Source: an uncultured Eubacteriales bacterium
GTDB lineage: Bacteria > Bacillota > Clostridia > Christensenellales > CAG-138
Direction of reading: 5' to 3'
NCBI GenBank assembly: GCA_942492885.1
Contig: OW818651.1
Location: 66,181-130,180, forward strand
DNA: 64,000 nt
The notes below the pieces were generated by a model. It was not told where the DNA came from, did not search any database, and saw only the letters and a list, made by a program, of their open reading frames with translations. Position 1 is the stretch's first letter; the number at the start of each line of letters is the position of its first letter. Below are positions 19,987 to 29,580 of the stretch, piece after piece. A program made the position numbers and the translations under genes.

Positions 19987-20018
19987 CACCGCCGCATATA
20001 TTATACGGCGGTGTTTTA
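19987..20018 (+). terminator. Intrinsic terminator after the ABC operon
   Basis: Stem caccgccg pairs with cggcggtg, followed by TTTT. Confidence 0.7.
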
Positions 20019-20094
20019 AGTTGCGCATTTGCTGTGTTATAATAATTTTTGCCGCGTGATTGGCGGAATGTGACGAAAGCGAGAAGAAACCGCC

Positions 20095-20691
20095 GTGGAA
20101 CAGAAGAAAAGATGTTTCTGGGTCAGAGAAGACAGCCCGCTCTACTGCGCCTATCATGACGAGGAATGGGGCACGCCCATTCGGGACGACCAGAGCATGT
20201 ATGCGCTGTTTCTGTTGGAGTTGTTTCAGGCGGGGCTATCCTGGATTACACTGCTGAAAAAGCGCGAGGCGTTCTCTGCCGCGTTCGACGGCTTTGCTGT
20301 CGACAAGATCGCGGCATACGGCGAAGAGAAGATTGCATCGCTGATGCAGGATGCGGGCATCATCCGCAGCCGCGGAAAGATTGAAGCCGCGATTTCAAAC
20401 GCGAAGATCGTGCTTTCACTCAGGGAAGAATTCGGCTCGTTTTGTAACTATCTATGGAGCTTCTCCGGCGGCAAAGTAGTTTTAAGTCCGGACGGGTTAC
20501 CGCGCGCGACAAGCCCGCTCTCCGACCGCATGGCGGCGGATATGAAGCGGCGCGGCATGCGATATGCCGGTTCGGTCACGATCCATTCGTTCTTGCAGGC
20601 GGCAGGTATCGTCAACGAACACGAGCATTCGTGCTACCGCTACGCGGAGCTGATGCGCGACACAGGCGCGGATCAAACTATTTTGGAATAA
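20095..20691 (+). CDS. tag: DNA-3-methyladenine glycosylase I
   Basis: 198 aa with the conserved Tag N-terminus RCFWV..DPLYCAYHDEEWGTP and LFLLELFQAGLSW. GTG start. Confidence 0.85.
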   Translation: MEQKKRCFWVREDSPLYCAYHDEEWGTPIRDDQSMYALFLLELFQAGLSWITLLKKREAFSAAFDGFAVDKIAAYGEEKIASLMQDAGIIRSRGKIEAAISNAKIVLSLREEFGSFCNYLWSFSGGKVVLSPDGLPRATSPLSDRMAADMKRRGMRYAGSVTIHSFLQAAGIVNEHEHSCYRYAELMRDTGADQTILE

Positions 20692-20773
20692 TTCGGGCGT
20701 GACCATCGCCCAGACCATAGTTACTGATTAGGTAATTTGGAATAACGCGGGCAAAACGATCGCCCAGACCATA
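20682..20773 (+). repeat. Imperfect 38-nt direct repeat (period 54 nt) spanning the tag stop codon
   Basis: 20682-20719 reads tttggaataattcgggcgtgaccatcgcccagaccata. 20736-20773 reads tttggaataacgcgggcaaaacgatcgcccagaccata. Both share the 10-nt head and a 15-nt tail atcgcccagaccata. Confidence 0.85.
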
Positions 20774-20791
20774 TTTGAGGAGACACAGAAA

Positions 20792-21481
20792 TTGGAAGAA
20801 TTCGTTTGGACGGACGCGCACATCCGCTGGATGAGCGATGCAGCAAAGAAGAGTAAATTTTATTATTGGATTGCGGAGCGCATCGCGGCCTATCTGCCGC
20901 CCTCCGCGCGGGTTTTCAACGCAGGCGGGGGCTTGGGCGATCTTGCCATCTGGCTGTCATACCATGTTGAGCAGGTTACCGTCATCGAAAATGACCCGAA
21001 GGCGGTCGCCGCATTTCGCGCACGCTGCCCGCACAATGTGGTCGCGATTCTGGGCGATTTGCCCACCTATTCGCCGGACAAGCTGTATGACGCGCTGGTG
21101 CTCTACGATGTCGGCGGCGCGGAGCAGGTTTTGCGCGTGGTGCGTGAGCTTTCACGCGCCAAGACGTTTGTGCTGCTCGGGCGCGAATCGGCTGAGGACG
21201 AGGCCGCCATGCGCGAACTCACCGAAACACTCAAGAGCGCGGGCATCCCGTTTTCCTACGAGCCTTTTGAGCAGGAGCATGTGCAGCCGTTTCGCTCCCG
21301 CGAGGACGCAAAGTCGTATTTTCTGTTTCTCTGGAACCGTCTGTTGACGGATGAAGAACTGGACGCGCTGCTGAATCCATCGGACGATGCGGAGTTTCCG
21401 TTTGCGCTCGTCGAAAAGAAAAAGATCGGCATGCTTGTGTTTGACGCGGCGAATCCCGCGTTTAAGAAACCGATCCTGTAA
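20792..21481 (+). CDS. Putative class I SAM-dependent methyltransferase
   Basis: Motif-I-like VFNAGGGLGDLA followed by an acidic residue after beta-2 (VIEND). TTG start preceded by GAGGAG. Confidence 0.45.
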   Translation: MEEFVWTDAHIRWMSDAAKKSKFYYWIAERIAAYLPPSARVFNAGGGLGDLAIWLSYHVEQVTVIENDPKAVAAFRARCPHNVVAILGDLPTYSPDKLYDALVLYDVGGAEQVLRVVRELSRAKTFVLLGRESAEDEAAMRELTETLKSAGIPFSYEPFEQEHVQPFRSREDAKSYFLFLWNRLLTDEELDALLNPSDDAEFPFALVEKKKIGMLVFDAANPAFKKPIL

Positions 21482-21529
21482 CCAGCCATCGAGTCATTGC
21501 GTTTGCCGTGAGGCGAACGAGGGGGATGT

Positions 21530-22516
21530 ATGGACGCACAGCTGCTCGTTGCAATCGAAACCGAATTGCACGCGGGAAATCCCTGCATGCTCGCCACGAT
21601 CATCGATCAAACGGGCAGCGCGCCGCGCGGCGTCGGCACGAGTATGGTCGTGAGCCTTACAGGCGAACAGACGGGCACGGTTGGCGGCGGCTTTCTGGAG
21701 CACCGCGTCAAGCTGGACGCGCTCGCGCTATTAAAAGAGAACGCGTGCGCGATTCGTGATTATGAGATTCATGCAGACGATAAAACCGCTTATTCGGGCG
21801 GTGTGACCATCCTCTTTCGCCCGTTTGCGGGTGAAGAAGGGCTTGCGTTCGCGCAACAAATTCGTGTAGCGCTTACTTCCGGCAGCGAATCATATCTGGT
21901 TTGCCAAATCGTCAACGGGTGCACATGTGAAACCAGCGTATTGCCTGCGGATGCGCTTTGCCGTTTTTGCGGGCTGTCCTGCCCGCCGGAAGGAGCGCTG
22001 CGCATAGCGGGCGAACCAAGCTGGCTCATCGAAACGCTCAAGCCGGCGCCGCGCGTGATCCTCTTTGGCGGCGGGCATGTGGCGCAGTGCATGGCGCGCC
22101 AGCTTGCGCTGCTGGACTACCGCACATGGGTGGTGGAGGATCGGGAAGCGTTTGCGTCAGAAGCGCTATTCCCCTCTGCTGAACGGGTGATCTTCTGCGA
22201 CTATGACCGCGTGCAGCCGCAGCTGAACATCACTTCGCGCGATCATGCCGTCGTGATGTCACGCGGGCACGAGACGGATTATCAGATTTTGCGCTGGCTG
22301 CTGCGCACGGAGGCCGACTACATCGGCTGCATCGGCAGCAAGCGAAAGATCGCGCTCACGAAAGAGCGATTGCTGGCGGACGGGCTGGATACGGCGCAGC
22401 TTGCTCGCCTGCATGCGCCTGTCGGGCTCGCCATCGGCGCACAAACGCCCGCCGAAATCGCGGTCAGCGTCGCGGCGGAGCTGATTCAATATTGTTCTGT
22501 CCAGAAATTAAAGTAA
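21530..22516 (+). CDS. XdhC/CoxI-family molybdoenzyme maturation accessory protein
   Basis: N-terminal XdhC domain (ATIIDQTGSAPRGVGTSMVV..GTVGGG) and C-terminal Rossmann-like domain (VILFGGGHVAQ). GAGGGGGA ribosome-binding site. Confidence 0.75.
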   Translation: MDAQLLVAIETELHAGNPCMLATIIDQTGSAPRGVGTSMVVSLTGEQTGTVGGGFLEHRVKLDALALLKENACAIRDYEIHADDKTAYSGGVTILFRPFAGEEGLAFAQQIRVALTSGSESYLVCQIVNGCTCETSVLPADALCRFCGLSCPPEGALRIAGEPSWLIETLKPAPRVILFGGGHVAQCMARQLALLDYRTWVVEDREAFASEALFPSAERVIFCDYDRVQPQLNITSRDHAVVMSRGHETDYQILRWLLRTEADYIGCIGSKRKIALTKERLLADGLDTAQLARLHAPVGLAIGAQTPAEIAVSVAAELIQYCSVQKLK

Positions 22517-22529
22517 ATCTATCACGCAA

Positions 22530-22572
22530 CAAAATAGAGCGCCCGGCATGATTCCGGGCGCTCTATGTATTT
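22530..22572. terminator. Bidirectional terminator (13-bp perfect stem)
   Basis: atagagcgcccgg (22534-22546) pairs with ccgggcgctctat (22554-22566), between convergent genes. Confidence 0.75.
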
Positions 22573-22582
22573 CGAGATACTT

Positions 22583-23011
22583 TTATTTTGTGCGCGGGGC
22601 TGAGCGAACATCCTCATACGACGCAAGGGAATACCCCTGTTTGCGCAACAGGTCGATGGTGACATCTTTGCTGTTGGGCGTTTCACCGCCGCCGGAAACG
22701 AGCACGACGTGGAGCACCTTGTCCTTGGGAATCAACAACAGCGCGGCGTTGAACGCGGGCGCGGGGTGTCCCGCCCAGACGGGGGCCATGAGCGTCACCG
22801 AGTCATAGAGGCTCCAGTCGATCGTAAGCGGGCGGATGACGGAGGCTTTTCTGCCGAGTGCCTGCGGGCAGCCGGTGAGAAACGCGGAGAACATGCCGCG
22901 CTTTTTTGCCTCGAGAATCTCAAAGACATCCGCGTCGGATACGTCAGCGCGCTTGCTTGCCTCCGCACGCGTGGCTCCACCGAAAGAATAATATAGTATT
23001 GCAGGTTTCAT
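22583..23011 (-). CDS. Flavodoxin-like fold protein
   Basis: MKPAILYYSFGGATR N-terminus typical of short flavodoxin-like proteins. AAGGAGA precedes ATG 23011. Confidence 0.45.
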   Translation of the reverse strand: MKPAILYYSFGGATRAEASKRADVSDADVFEILEAKKRGMFSAFLTGCPQALGRKASVIRPLTIDWSLYDSVTLMAPVWAGHPAPAFNAALLLIPKDKVLHVVLVSGGGETPNSKDVTIDLLRKQGYSLASYEDVRSAPRTK

Positions 23012-23291
23012 GACAGAAACTGTCTCCTTTTCATCGTTTGATCGGCCTGTGAAACGGGATATATAACCGAGAAGCGATACTGTTTTCATGATTGTATGCT
23101 TGCATTATATGTATGGAATGAGCCAGTGTCAAGAAAGATTCCTGCGTGGCAAAAAAGCTGATTTGAAACGCCTGCTTTTGTGCCTACCCTTGTTTTCGCG
23201 CGCGTGTTCATGGTATATTGTATAAGCATTAATTGATTTTATGCAAAACGAATCGATCCACACGCGCCAGAAACAACGACGGGAGAATACC

Positions 23292-24050
23292 ATGCAACTT
23301 TACGACCTGCACACACACACAAATATGTCCGACGCGCGGTTTCCGATTGAAGACCTCGTTTCGGTAGAGCAGGAGCAGGGGCATATCCTCGGCGTTTCGG
23401 ATCATCTGTTTTGCTGCGGCATCTATACACTCAACGACGTAAAAAACTACATCGAAATCCTGCAGCAATATCCGGTCTATCGCGGGGCGGAGGTCAACAT
23501 GGAGCACCGCTTCAATCTGCCGGACAACCTTGACGATCAGCTGGACTACATCATCGCAAGTGTACACAGCATGCCGGACGGACGCGGTGGATTTGTCCCG
23601 TTAAACGCGTATTTTTCCAAGCGTTCGGGGCATACGGACCACTACGATAAGAACTATTCTTCTGACATGAACCGGTATTACCTCGCCTATATCGTACAGA
23701 TGATGGAGAAGACGTTTTCCACACAGCGCGTGAATATTCTTGGTCACGCGACCGTGATGCCGCCCTGCGACGAACTCTACGGCACCAACTTTTTAACCCA
23801 ATGGGAGGACGCGGTGATTGCGCTTTGCAAAAAGCACGAGATCGCGCTTGAAATCTCCGGACTCTGGCGTGCGCCGGGGGTAGACATGTTGCGCCGCGCG
23901 CATGAGGCAGGGCTGAAGTTTTCGATGGGCAGCGACTGCCACAGCCCGCTCCAGATCGGCGATCTTGCATACGTCGAAAAGATGATCGACGAGTTGGGGT
24001 TGCAGCAGGAAGATTTTTTTGTACCGAAGCGGCAGCTCAGTTTTGATTAA
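23292..24050 (+). CDS. PHP-domain (histidinol-phosphatase-family) phosphoesterase
   Basis: MQLYDLHTHTNMSD metal-binding start and later SDH/HS motifs. A GGGAGA ribosome-binding site favours 23292 over the track start 23241. Confidence 0.65.
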   Translation: MQLYDLHTHTNMSDARFPIEDLVSVEQEQGHILGVSDHLFCCGIYTLNDVKNYIEILQQYPVYRGAEVNMEHRFNLPDNLDDQLDYIIASVHSMPDGRGGFVPLNAYFSKRSGHTDHYDKNYSSDMNRYYLAYIVQMMEKTFSTQRVNILGHATVMPPCDELYGTNFLTQWEDAVIALCKKHEIALEISGLWRAPGVDMLRRAHEAGLKFSMGSDCHSPLQIGDLAYVEKMIDELGLQQEDFFVPKRQLSFD

Positions 24051-24138
24051 CAACATCCATCAATAAATTAAGAGAATCAATCGAATAATAGAAATTCACA
24101 ACCTCAATTTTCTTTGCCGATACGGCAGGAGGAACGGT

Positions 24139-25197
24139 ATGCGGAATATCCGGGTAGCAGTTTGGGGATTTGGCGCGATGGGCGGCGGCATCACGAAGGT
24201 GCTGCTGCAAAAGACGGGCGTGGAGATCACGGGCGTTTGTGATTTGCACCCAAATCGCGTCGGCAAGAGCATTTTTGACCTGCTCGAAGTCCCGCGGGCA
24301 AACAGAGCGGACGTAATTGTCTCCAGCGACATCGACGCGGTTTTACCGCAACGCGGCGCAGATGTTTGCATCGTCGCGACAGACTCGTTCACCAAAGACG
24401 TTTTCCCGAAACTCGTCAAGGTGCTCTCGCGCGGAATCAACGCCATCAGCACCGCGGAGGAGATGAGCTATCCCGCCGCAAAACAGCCGGAGCTCGCCCA
24501 TGAGATCGACCGCGTGGCAAAAGAGTACGGCGTGACCGCGCTCGGCACCGGCATCAATCCGGGACTCATGATGGACCTGCTTGCCATCTGCCTCACCGGC
24601 TGCATGACGAGCGTGGACAAGGTCACCTGCCGCCGTGTCAATTCGCTCTCGCCATTTGGCCCGCTGGTCATGCAGGAGCAGGGCGTAGGATTAACGCCCG
24701 AAGCATTTCAAGACGGTGTGGATAAGGGTGAGCTGGCGGGGCACGTCGGCTTTGCCGAAAGCATCGGCATGATTTCGCATGCGCTGGGTTGGAGGATTGA
24801 CGAATTCTCACAGCAGATGGCGCCGATCTTAACGGAGGTCGACCGCAAATCTCCTTATGGTTTTGCTGCGCGCGGCAATGTCGCGGGCGTGAATATGACG
24901 GGACAGGGTTATGTTGATGGCAAGGTGAAGATCGACATGATCCATCCGCAGCAAATCGAGCCGGAGCTCGGCGGCACGCACACGGGGGACTACATCACGC
25001 TCGAAGGTACGCCGCGGGTGGATATGCGCATTCAGCCGGAGGTCGACGGCGGCATCGGAACCATCGCGATGTGCATGAACATGATTCCGCACGTGATCAA
25101 CGCGCGGCCGGGACTCAAAACGATGATCGATCTACCTGTTCCGCACGCGATCATGGGAGACTTCAGGGATCAAATAGAAGAAGGACTCTTGCTGTAG
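24139..25197 (+). CDS. ord: 2,4-diaminopentanoate dehydrogenase
   Basis: NAD(P)-binding N-terminus IRVAVWGFGAMGGGI (DapB-like fold) and position at the head of the ortAB-oraSE cluster. GGAGGA ribosome-binding site. Confidence 0.75.
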   Translation: MRNIRVAVWGFGAMGGGITKVLLQKTGVEITGVCDLHPNRVGKSIFDLLEVPRANRADVIVSSDIDAVLPQRGADVCIVATDSFTKDVFPKLVKVLSRGINAISTAEEMSYPAAKQPELAHEIDRVAKEYGVTALGTGINPGLMMDLLAICLTGCMTSVDKVTCRRVNSLSPFGPLVMQEQGVGLTPEAFQDGVDKGELAGHVGFAESIGMISHALGWRIDEFSQQMAPILTEVDRKSPYGFAARGNVAGVNMTGQGYVDGKVKIDMIHPQQIEPELGGTHTGDYITLEGTPRVDMRIQPEVDGGIGTIAMCMNMIPHVINARPGLKTMIDLPVPHAIMGDFRDQIEEGLLL

Positions 25198-25271
25198 AGG
25201 GGTTTATCAAAATTTCAGAGATTAAATCAAAGAAGGATTACTTGCATAAACGTCCAAACGAGGTGAGCGAA

Positions 25272-25574
25272 ATGGCAAACAAAGGCGACTGGGTGCGCAT
25301 CCACAGCATCATTCTAACACCCGCGGAGCGTTCCGCCGCGGTGCCGGAGGACACGAAATCCGTGCCGCTGGAGCAGTGGACAAAAGGTTATCTGCACGCG
25401 GATACACCGTTGAGCAGCATAGCTTCGGTCACCACGCGCACGGGTCGCGTCGTCTCTGGCACGCTCGTGGACGAGACGCCGCATTATTCGCACAGCTTTG
25501 GCGACTTTGTGCCGGAGCTGCAGCATGCGGGGGACGAAGCATTCGCGTTCCTCTTCGGAGGTAATGCAAAATGA
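25272..25574 (+). CDS. ortA: 2-amino-4-ketopentanoate thiolase alpha subunit
   Basis: About 100-aa protein starting MANKGDWVRIHSI, immediately upstream of and overlapping (ATGA) the PLP-dependent OrtB-like gene. The track ORF start 25071 lies inside ord. Confidence 0.7.
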   Translation: MANKGDWVRIHSIILTPAERSAAVPEDTKSVPLEQWTKGYLHADTPLSSIASVTTRTGRVVSGTLVDETPHYSHSFGDFVPELQHAGDEAFAFLFGGNAK

Positions 25575-26968
25575 CGAAGGACAACAGCTTCTCCGCCGTC
25601 ATGGCGCGAAAAGCGGAGATCATACGAAACGCGGTCGGTGTCGACTACAAGCAATTCGAGAGCGGCTCCATCGCGTTTGACTATGAAAAGATGATGGCAT
25701 CCACGGGCTATACGCTCAACGATGTCGTCGAAATTCAGCGCGGGTTTGCAATCGGCAACACGCCGCTGATCGAACTTAAAAACATCACAACACTCGTGCG
25801 CAAACTCAGCAAAGACGGCTACGGCGCGCGCATCTTCGTCAAGGACGAGGCGGCAAACCCAAGCGGGAGCTTCAAGGTGCGCAGAGCCGCGACGAGCATC
25901 CACCACGCCAAGCGCATGGGCTATCCCGGCGCGCTTTCCGCAACGAGCGGGAACTACGGCGCGGCGGTTGCGAGCTGCTGCGGCAAGAGCGGACTAAAAT
26001 GCATCGTTGTGCAGGAGTGCTACGATTCGCGCGGCGTGGGTCAGCCGGAGATCATCGAAAAAGCACGCAAGTGTGAAGCCCTCGGCGCGGAGGTGGTGCA
26101 GCTTACGGTAGGTCCGGAGCTGTTTTATACCGTCTTGCGGATGCTCGAAGACACGGGTTATTTCAATGCCTCGCTTTATACGGCGTTTGGCATTGCGGGC
26201 ATCGAGACGCTGGGTTACGAGGTGGCCGAGCAGTGCCGCGCGCAGACGGGACGTGATCCGGAAGTGGTCGTCTGCACCAACGCGGGCGGCGGCAACTTGA
26301 CAGGTACCGCGCGCGGGCTGCAAAAAGCGAACTGTCATCCGCAGATCGTCGCCGCGAGCGTCAATCTCAAAGGCTTGCACATGGCGAGTGACACGCAGTT
26401 CAACAAAAAATCGTTCACGACCGGACACACGGGCTTTGGCATGCCGTTTTCCACGTGGCCGGATCGCAGCGATGTACCCAGAAGCGCTGCCAGACCACTT
26501 CGATATATGGACAGATACGTGACGGTCAATCAGGGCGAGGTGTTTTATACCACCGAGTTGCTTGCGCGGCTGGAAGGCATTGAGCGCGGGCCTGCGGGCA
26601 ACACGAGCCTCGCCGCCGCGATCTCCATTGCACAGGAATTGCCGGAGGAAGCGATCGTCGTCGTACAGGAGACGGAGTATACGGGCGCGGGCAAGCACGG
26701 CAGCGCGCAATTAAGCTTTGCGCGGCAAAACGGAATTCGGGTGTCGCTCGGCGACCCCAAAGACGAGATCGCGGGCGAGAGCATCATACTCCCCGCACAA
26801 CCGTCGCTCTTGCGCGCGGTGGACGTTGATCTCGACCATATGCGCCGCTCGCTGATCACCCATGCGGCGACGATGATCGACCATGCGCCAAGAGAGAACG
26901 ACATCACTTTCCTCGCCCAAGAGACGAAGACAAACGAATCCTTCGTGCGCGAAGCACTCACACAGTAG
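25571..26968 (+). CDS. ortB: 2-amino-4-ketopentanoate thiolase beta subunit (PLP-dependent)
   Basis: Fold-type II PLP enzyme (KDEAANPSGSFKVRRA lysine motif), 465 aa, in the ornithine cluster context. Confidence 0.75.
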   Translation: MTKDNSFSAVMARKAEIIRNAVGVDYKQFESGSIAFDYEKMMASTGYTLNDVVEIQRGFAIGNTPLIELKNITTLVRKLSKDGYGARIFVKDEAANPSGSFKVRRAATSIHHAKRMGYPGALSATSGNYGAAVASCCGKSGLKCIVVQECYDSRGVGQPEIIEKARKCEALGAEVVQLTVGPELFYTVLRMLEDTGYFNASLYTAFGIAGIETLGYEVAEQCRAQTGRDPEVVVCTNAGGGNLTGTARGLQKANCHPQIVAASVNLKGLHMASDTQFNKKSFTTGHTGFGMPFSTWPDRSDVPRSAARPLRYMDRYVTVNQGEVFYTTELLARLEGIERGPAGNTSLAAAISIAQELPEEAIVVVQETEYTGAGKHGSAQLSFARQNGIRVSLGDPKDEIAGESIILPAQPSLLRAVDVDLDHMRRSLITHAATMIDHAPRENDITFLAQETKTNESFVREALTQ

Positions 26969-26997
26969 AATATCCTGAACAACATCGGGAGGAATAT

Positions 26998-27363
26998 ATG
27001 ATCAAACGCGAAGACGATTTTCAAACGAGGCGTGAACACCTGAAAAACCTCAACGACGAAGAGCTCAAGGCGCGTTTCTGGGCGCTCACGGGGCAGCTTG
27101 TCGACCCGCTGCTGGACTTGGCAAAGGAGAACACCTCGCCCGCCATCGAGCGCAGCGTGCTGTTGCGCATGGGCTTTAGCTCGCTGGAGGCAAAGGCGAT
27201 TGTCGACGGCTGCACGGAGAAGTGCCTACTGGGGCATGGTGCGGGCAATGTGGTCTACCGCTACAGCAAGCACACGGGGCAGGGGATTCGCGAAGCGGGG
27301 CTTGCGCTGCTCTCGCCCGCAAACATGGAAGAGGCCGCGCGCCTGTTTGGAGGCAAGCAATGA
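26998..27363 (+). CDS. oraS: D-ornithine 4,5-aminomutase small (S) subunit
   Basis: 121-aa protein whose stop overlaps the start of the large aminomutase subunit (ATGA at 27360-27363). Confidence 0.75.
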   Translation: MIKREDDFQTRREHLKNLNDEELKARFWALTGQLVDPLLDLAKENTSPAIERSVLLRMGFSSLEAKAIVDGCTEKCLLGHGAGNVVYRYSKHTGQGIREAGLALLSPANMEEAARLFGGKQ

Positions 27364-29579
27364 GCGACTATCGTCTATTGCCGGATGAAAACATTGACGT
27401 TTCGCAGATTTTAGAGGATCTGGAGCATTACCATCCGCGCCGCAAAGGCTGGACGTGGCGTGAGCCTGCGCCCGACCTCACCATGGGGCCGTTTATCTAT
27501 CATGATTGCAGCAAGCCGCTCAAGGACAGCGTGCCGCTTCCGCCCGCGCACTATTTTGGCGATGTCGACCCTCAGCCGATGCCGGTCATCACCACCGAAA
27601 TCGCAAGCGGACGGTTTGAGGACGACATCCGGCGTATGCGCATGGCGGCACATCACGGCGCGGATCACATCATGGTCATCCGCACCTCGGGTCAGAGCCA
27701 TTACGACGGCCTGATCGAAGGCACACCGCAGGGCAGCGGAGGGGTTCCCATCACCCGCAAGCAGGTGCGCGCGCAGAGAAAAGCGCTCGACCTGATCGAG
27801 GACGAAGTGGGACGCCCCATCAATTATCACAGCTACGTCAGCGGTGTGGCCGGACCCGATATCGCCGTCATGTTCGCGGAAGAGGGCGTCAACGGCTGCC
27901 ATCAGGACCCACAATACAACGTCATCTATAGAAACATCAACATGCTGCGCTCGTTTGTGGACGCGGCGGAGAGCAAGCAGCTCATCGCATGGGGCAACAT
28001 GGCGCAGATCGACGGCGCGCACAACGCCAACGCCACCGCGCGGGATGCGTGGAAGGTTATGCCGGAGCTCATGGTGCAGCACGCGATCAACGCGCTGTAC
28101 AGCTATAAAGTCGGCGTGCCCAAGGAGAATATCTGCCTGTCTACCGTACCACCGACGGCGACGCCGGGGCCTTGCGTCTATATGGATCTGCCGTATGCCG
28201 TGGCGCTGCGGCGGCTCTTTGGCGGCTATCGTATGCGCGCGCAGATGAATACGAAATACATCGAATCCAGCACGCGCGAGGCGACGGTGACCCATGTGCT
28301 GAACATGGTGGTGAGCAAGCTCACCAGCGCGGACATCCAGTCCACCATCACGCCGGACGAAGGGCGAAATGTGCCGTGGCACATCTTCAACATCGAAGCC
28401 TGTGACACCGCCAAGCAAACGCTGGTTGGGCTCGACGGTTTGATGGAGATGGTGGAGCTGAAAAAAGATGGTTATTTGGAAGAAAAATCGCGTGAACTGA
28501 CCGAGCGCGCCGTGCTGTTTTTGGAAGAGATGATCGAAAAGGGCGGCTATTTCGCAGCGGTCGAGAGCGGCATGTTTGTCGACAGCGGATGCTTCCCGGA
28601 GCGCAACGGAGACGGCATCGCACGAAAGCTGGAGGGCGGCATCGGCGCGGGAACTGTGTTCAAACGCGAGCCGGACTATATGGCGCCCGTCACCGCGCAC
28701 TACGGCAGGAACAATGTTGCGCAATATGGCGCAGATCCGAAAAATCCCGCTGCGCTGATCGGCGGCTGCACACTCGAAGCGCCCGAGAAGATTGTCTACA
28801 TCGACGAGCTCGACGCGGAGGACAACGTCTATCTGCGCATGGACGCGGTGAAGAGCTTCGCCCAGCCGAACGCAGAGAAGATCAGACCTGAGATGGAATG
28901 GCTGGCCGACGGTACGGTGCTGCTGACGTTCTGCTTCCCGGCGGAGCGGAAGATCGCGGAAGCCGCGGCAATCGAGTGCGCAAAACGAATGAACCTCAAG
29001 GACATCGCGGTGATCTCGCGCGAGGTTTTGCACCGCGCGGAGGGTACGCGGATCGAGCTAAAAGGCAAGGTCGATTTCGACATCGACGTCGCCTCGCTCG
29101 TGATTCCCGCCGATCCGGACGTGCTGGATGAAGACGAGCTGCGCGCGGCGATTGAACAGAAACCCATGCGCGTGGTCTGCGGCACCATCGGCGAGGATGA
29201 GCACTCGGTGGGCTTGCGGGAGATCATCGACATCAAGCACGGCGGCATCGAGAAATACGGTATCGAAGTGCACTATCTGGGCACCTCCGTCCCGCCGGAG
29301 AAGCTCGTCGGCGCTGCCATCGAGCTCAATGCGGACGCGATGCTTGCGTCTCTCATCATCTCGCATGACGACATCCACTATAAGAACATCGCCCGCATCG
29401 ACCGCATTGCGCGGGAGATGGGCGTGCGTGACAAGCTCTTGTTTGCCGCGGGCGGCACGCAGGTAGAAGGCGACAAGGCAAAAGAAGCAGGTGCCGACGC
29501 GGGATTTGGCAGAGGAACGCACGGCAACCATGTCGCAACGTTTTTAGTCAAAGAACGCGAACGCCGCGAGAAAGAATAA
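27360..29579 (+). CDS. oraE: D-ornithine 4,5-aminomutase large (E) subunit (B12/PLP-dependent)
   Basis: About 740 aa starting MSDYRLLPDENIDV. The C-terminal Rossmann-like B12-binding region carries a DxHxxG-type loop (IGEDEHSVG). The track ORF start 27222 lies within oraS. Confidence 0.8.
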   Translation: MSDYRLLPDENIDVSQILEDLEHYHPRRKGWTWREPAPDLTMGPFIYHDCSKPLKDSVPLPPAHYFGDVDPQPMPVITTEIASGRFEDDIRRMRMAAHHGADHIMVIRTSGQSHYDGLIEGTPQGSGGVPITRKQVRAQRKALDLIEDEVGRPINYHSYVSGVAGPDIAVMFAEEGVNGCHQDPQYNVIYRNINMLRSFVDAAESKQLIAWGNMAQIDGAHNANATARDAWKVMPELMVQHAINALYSYKVGVPKENICLSTVPPTATPGPCVYMDLPYAVALRRLFGGYRMRAQMNTKYIESSTREATVTHVLNMVVSKLTSADIQSTITPDEGRNVPWHIFNIEACDTAKQTLVGLDGLMEMVELKKDGYLEEKSRELTERAVLFLEEMIEKGGYFAAVESGMFVDSGCFPERNGDGIARKLEGGIGAGTVFKREPDYMAPVTAHYGRNNVAQYGADPKNPAALIGGCTLEAPEKIVYIDELDAEDNVYLRMDAVKSFAQPNAEKIRPEMEWLADGTVLLTFCFPAERKIAEAAAIECAKRMNLKDIAVISREVLHRAEGTRIELKGKVDFDIDVASLVIPADPDVLDEDELRAAIEQKPMRVVCGTIGEDEHSVGLREIIDIKHGGIEKYGIEVHYLGTSVPPEKLVGAAIELNADAMLASLIISHDDIHYKNIARIDRIAREMGVRDKLLFAAGGTQVEGDKAKEAGADAGFGRGTHGNHVATFLVKERERREKE

Positions 29580-29580
29580 C

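Noticed and set aside
24051-24138. Looked for a cobalamin riboswitch or other leader upstream of the B12-dependent ornithine cluster
   Set aside because: The intergenic region is only 88 nt and AT-rich, with no B12-box-like sequence.
27411-29033. 540-aa ORF antisense to oraE. The same pattern occurs at 36493-37917 (antisense to clpB), 12264-13337 (pheT), 46003-46914 (ADH), 40748-41740 (glmS), 59616-60512 and 56163-56960 (giant gene) and 15153-15878 (MBL gene).
   Set aside because: All of them overlap strongly supported genes on the opposite strand. They are Arg/His/Asp/Val-rich with no motifs and no start context. I regard them as GC3-driven open frames, not genes.
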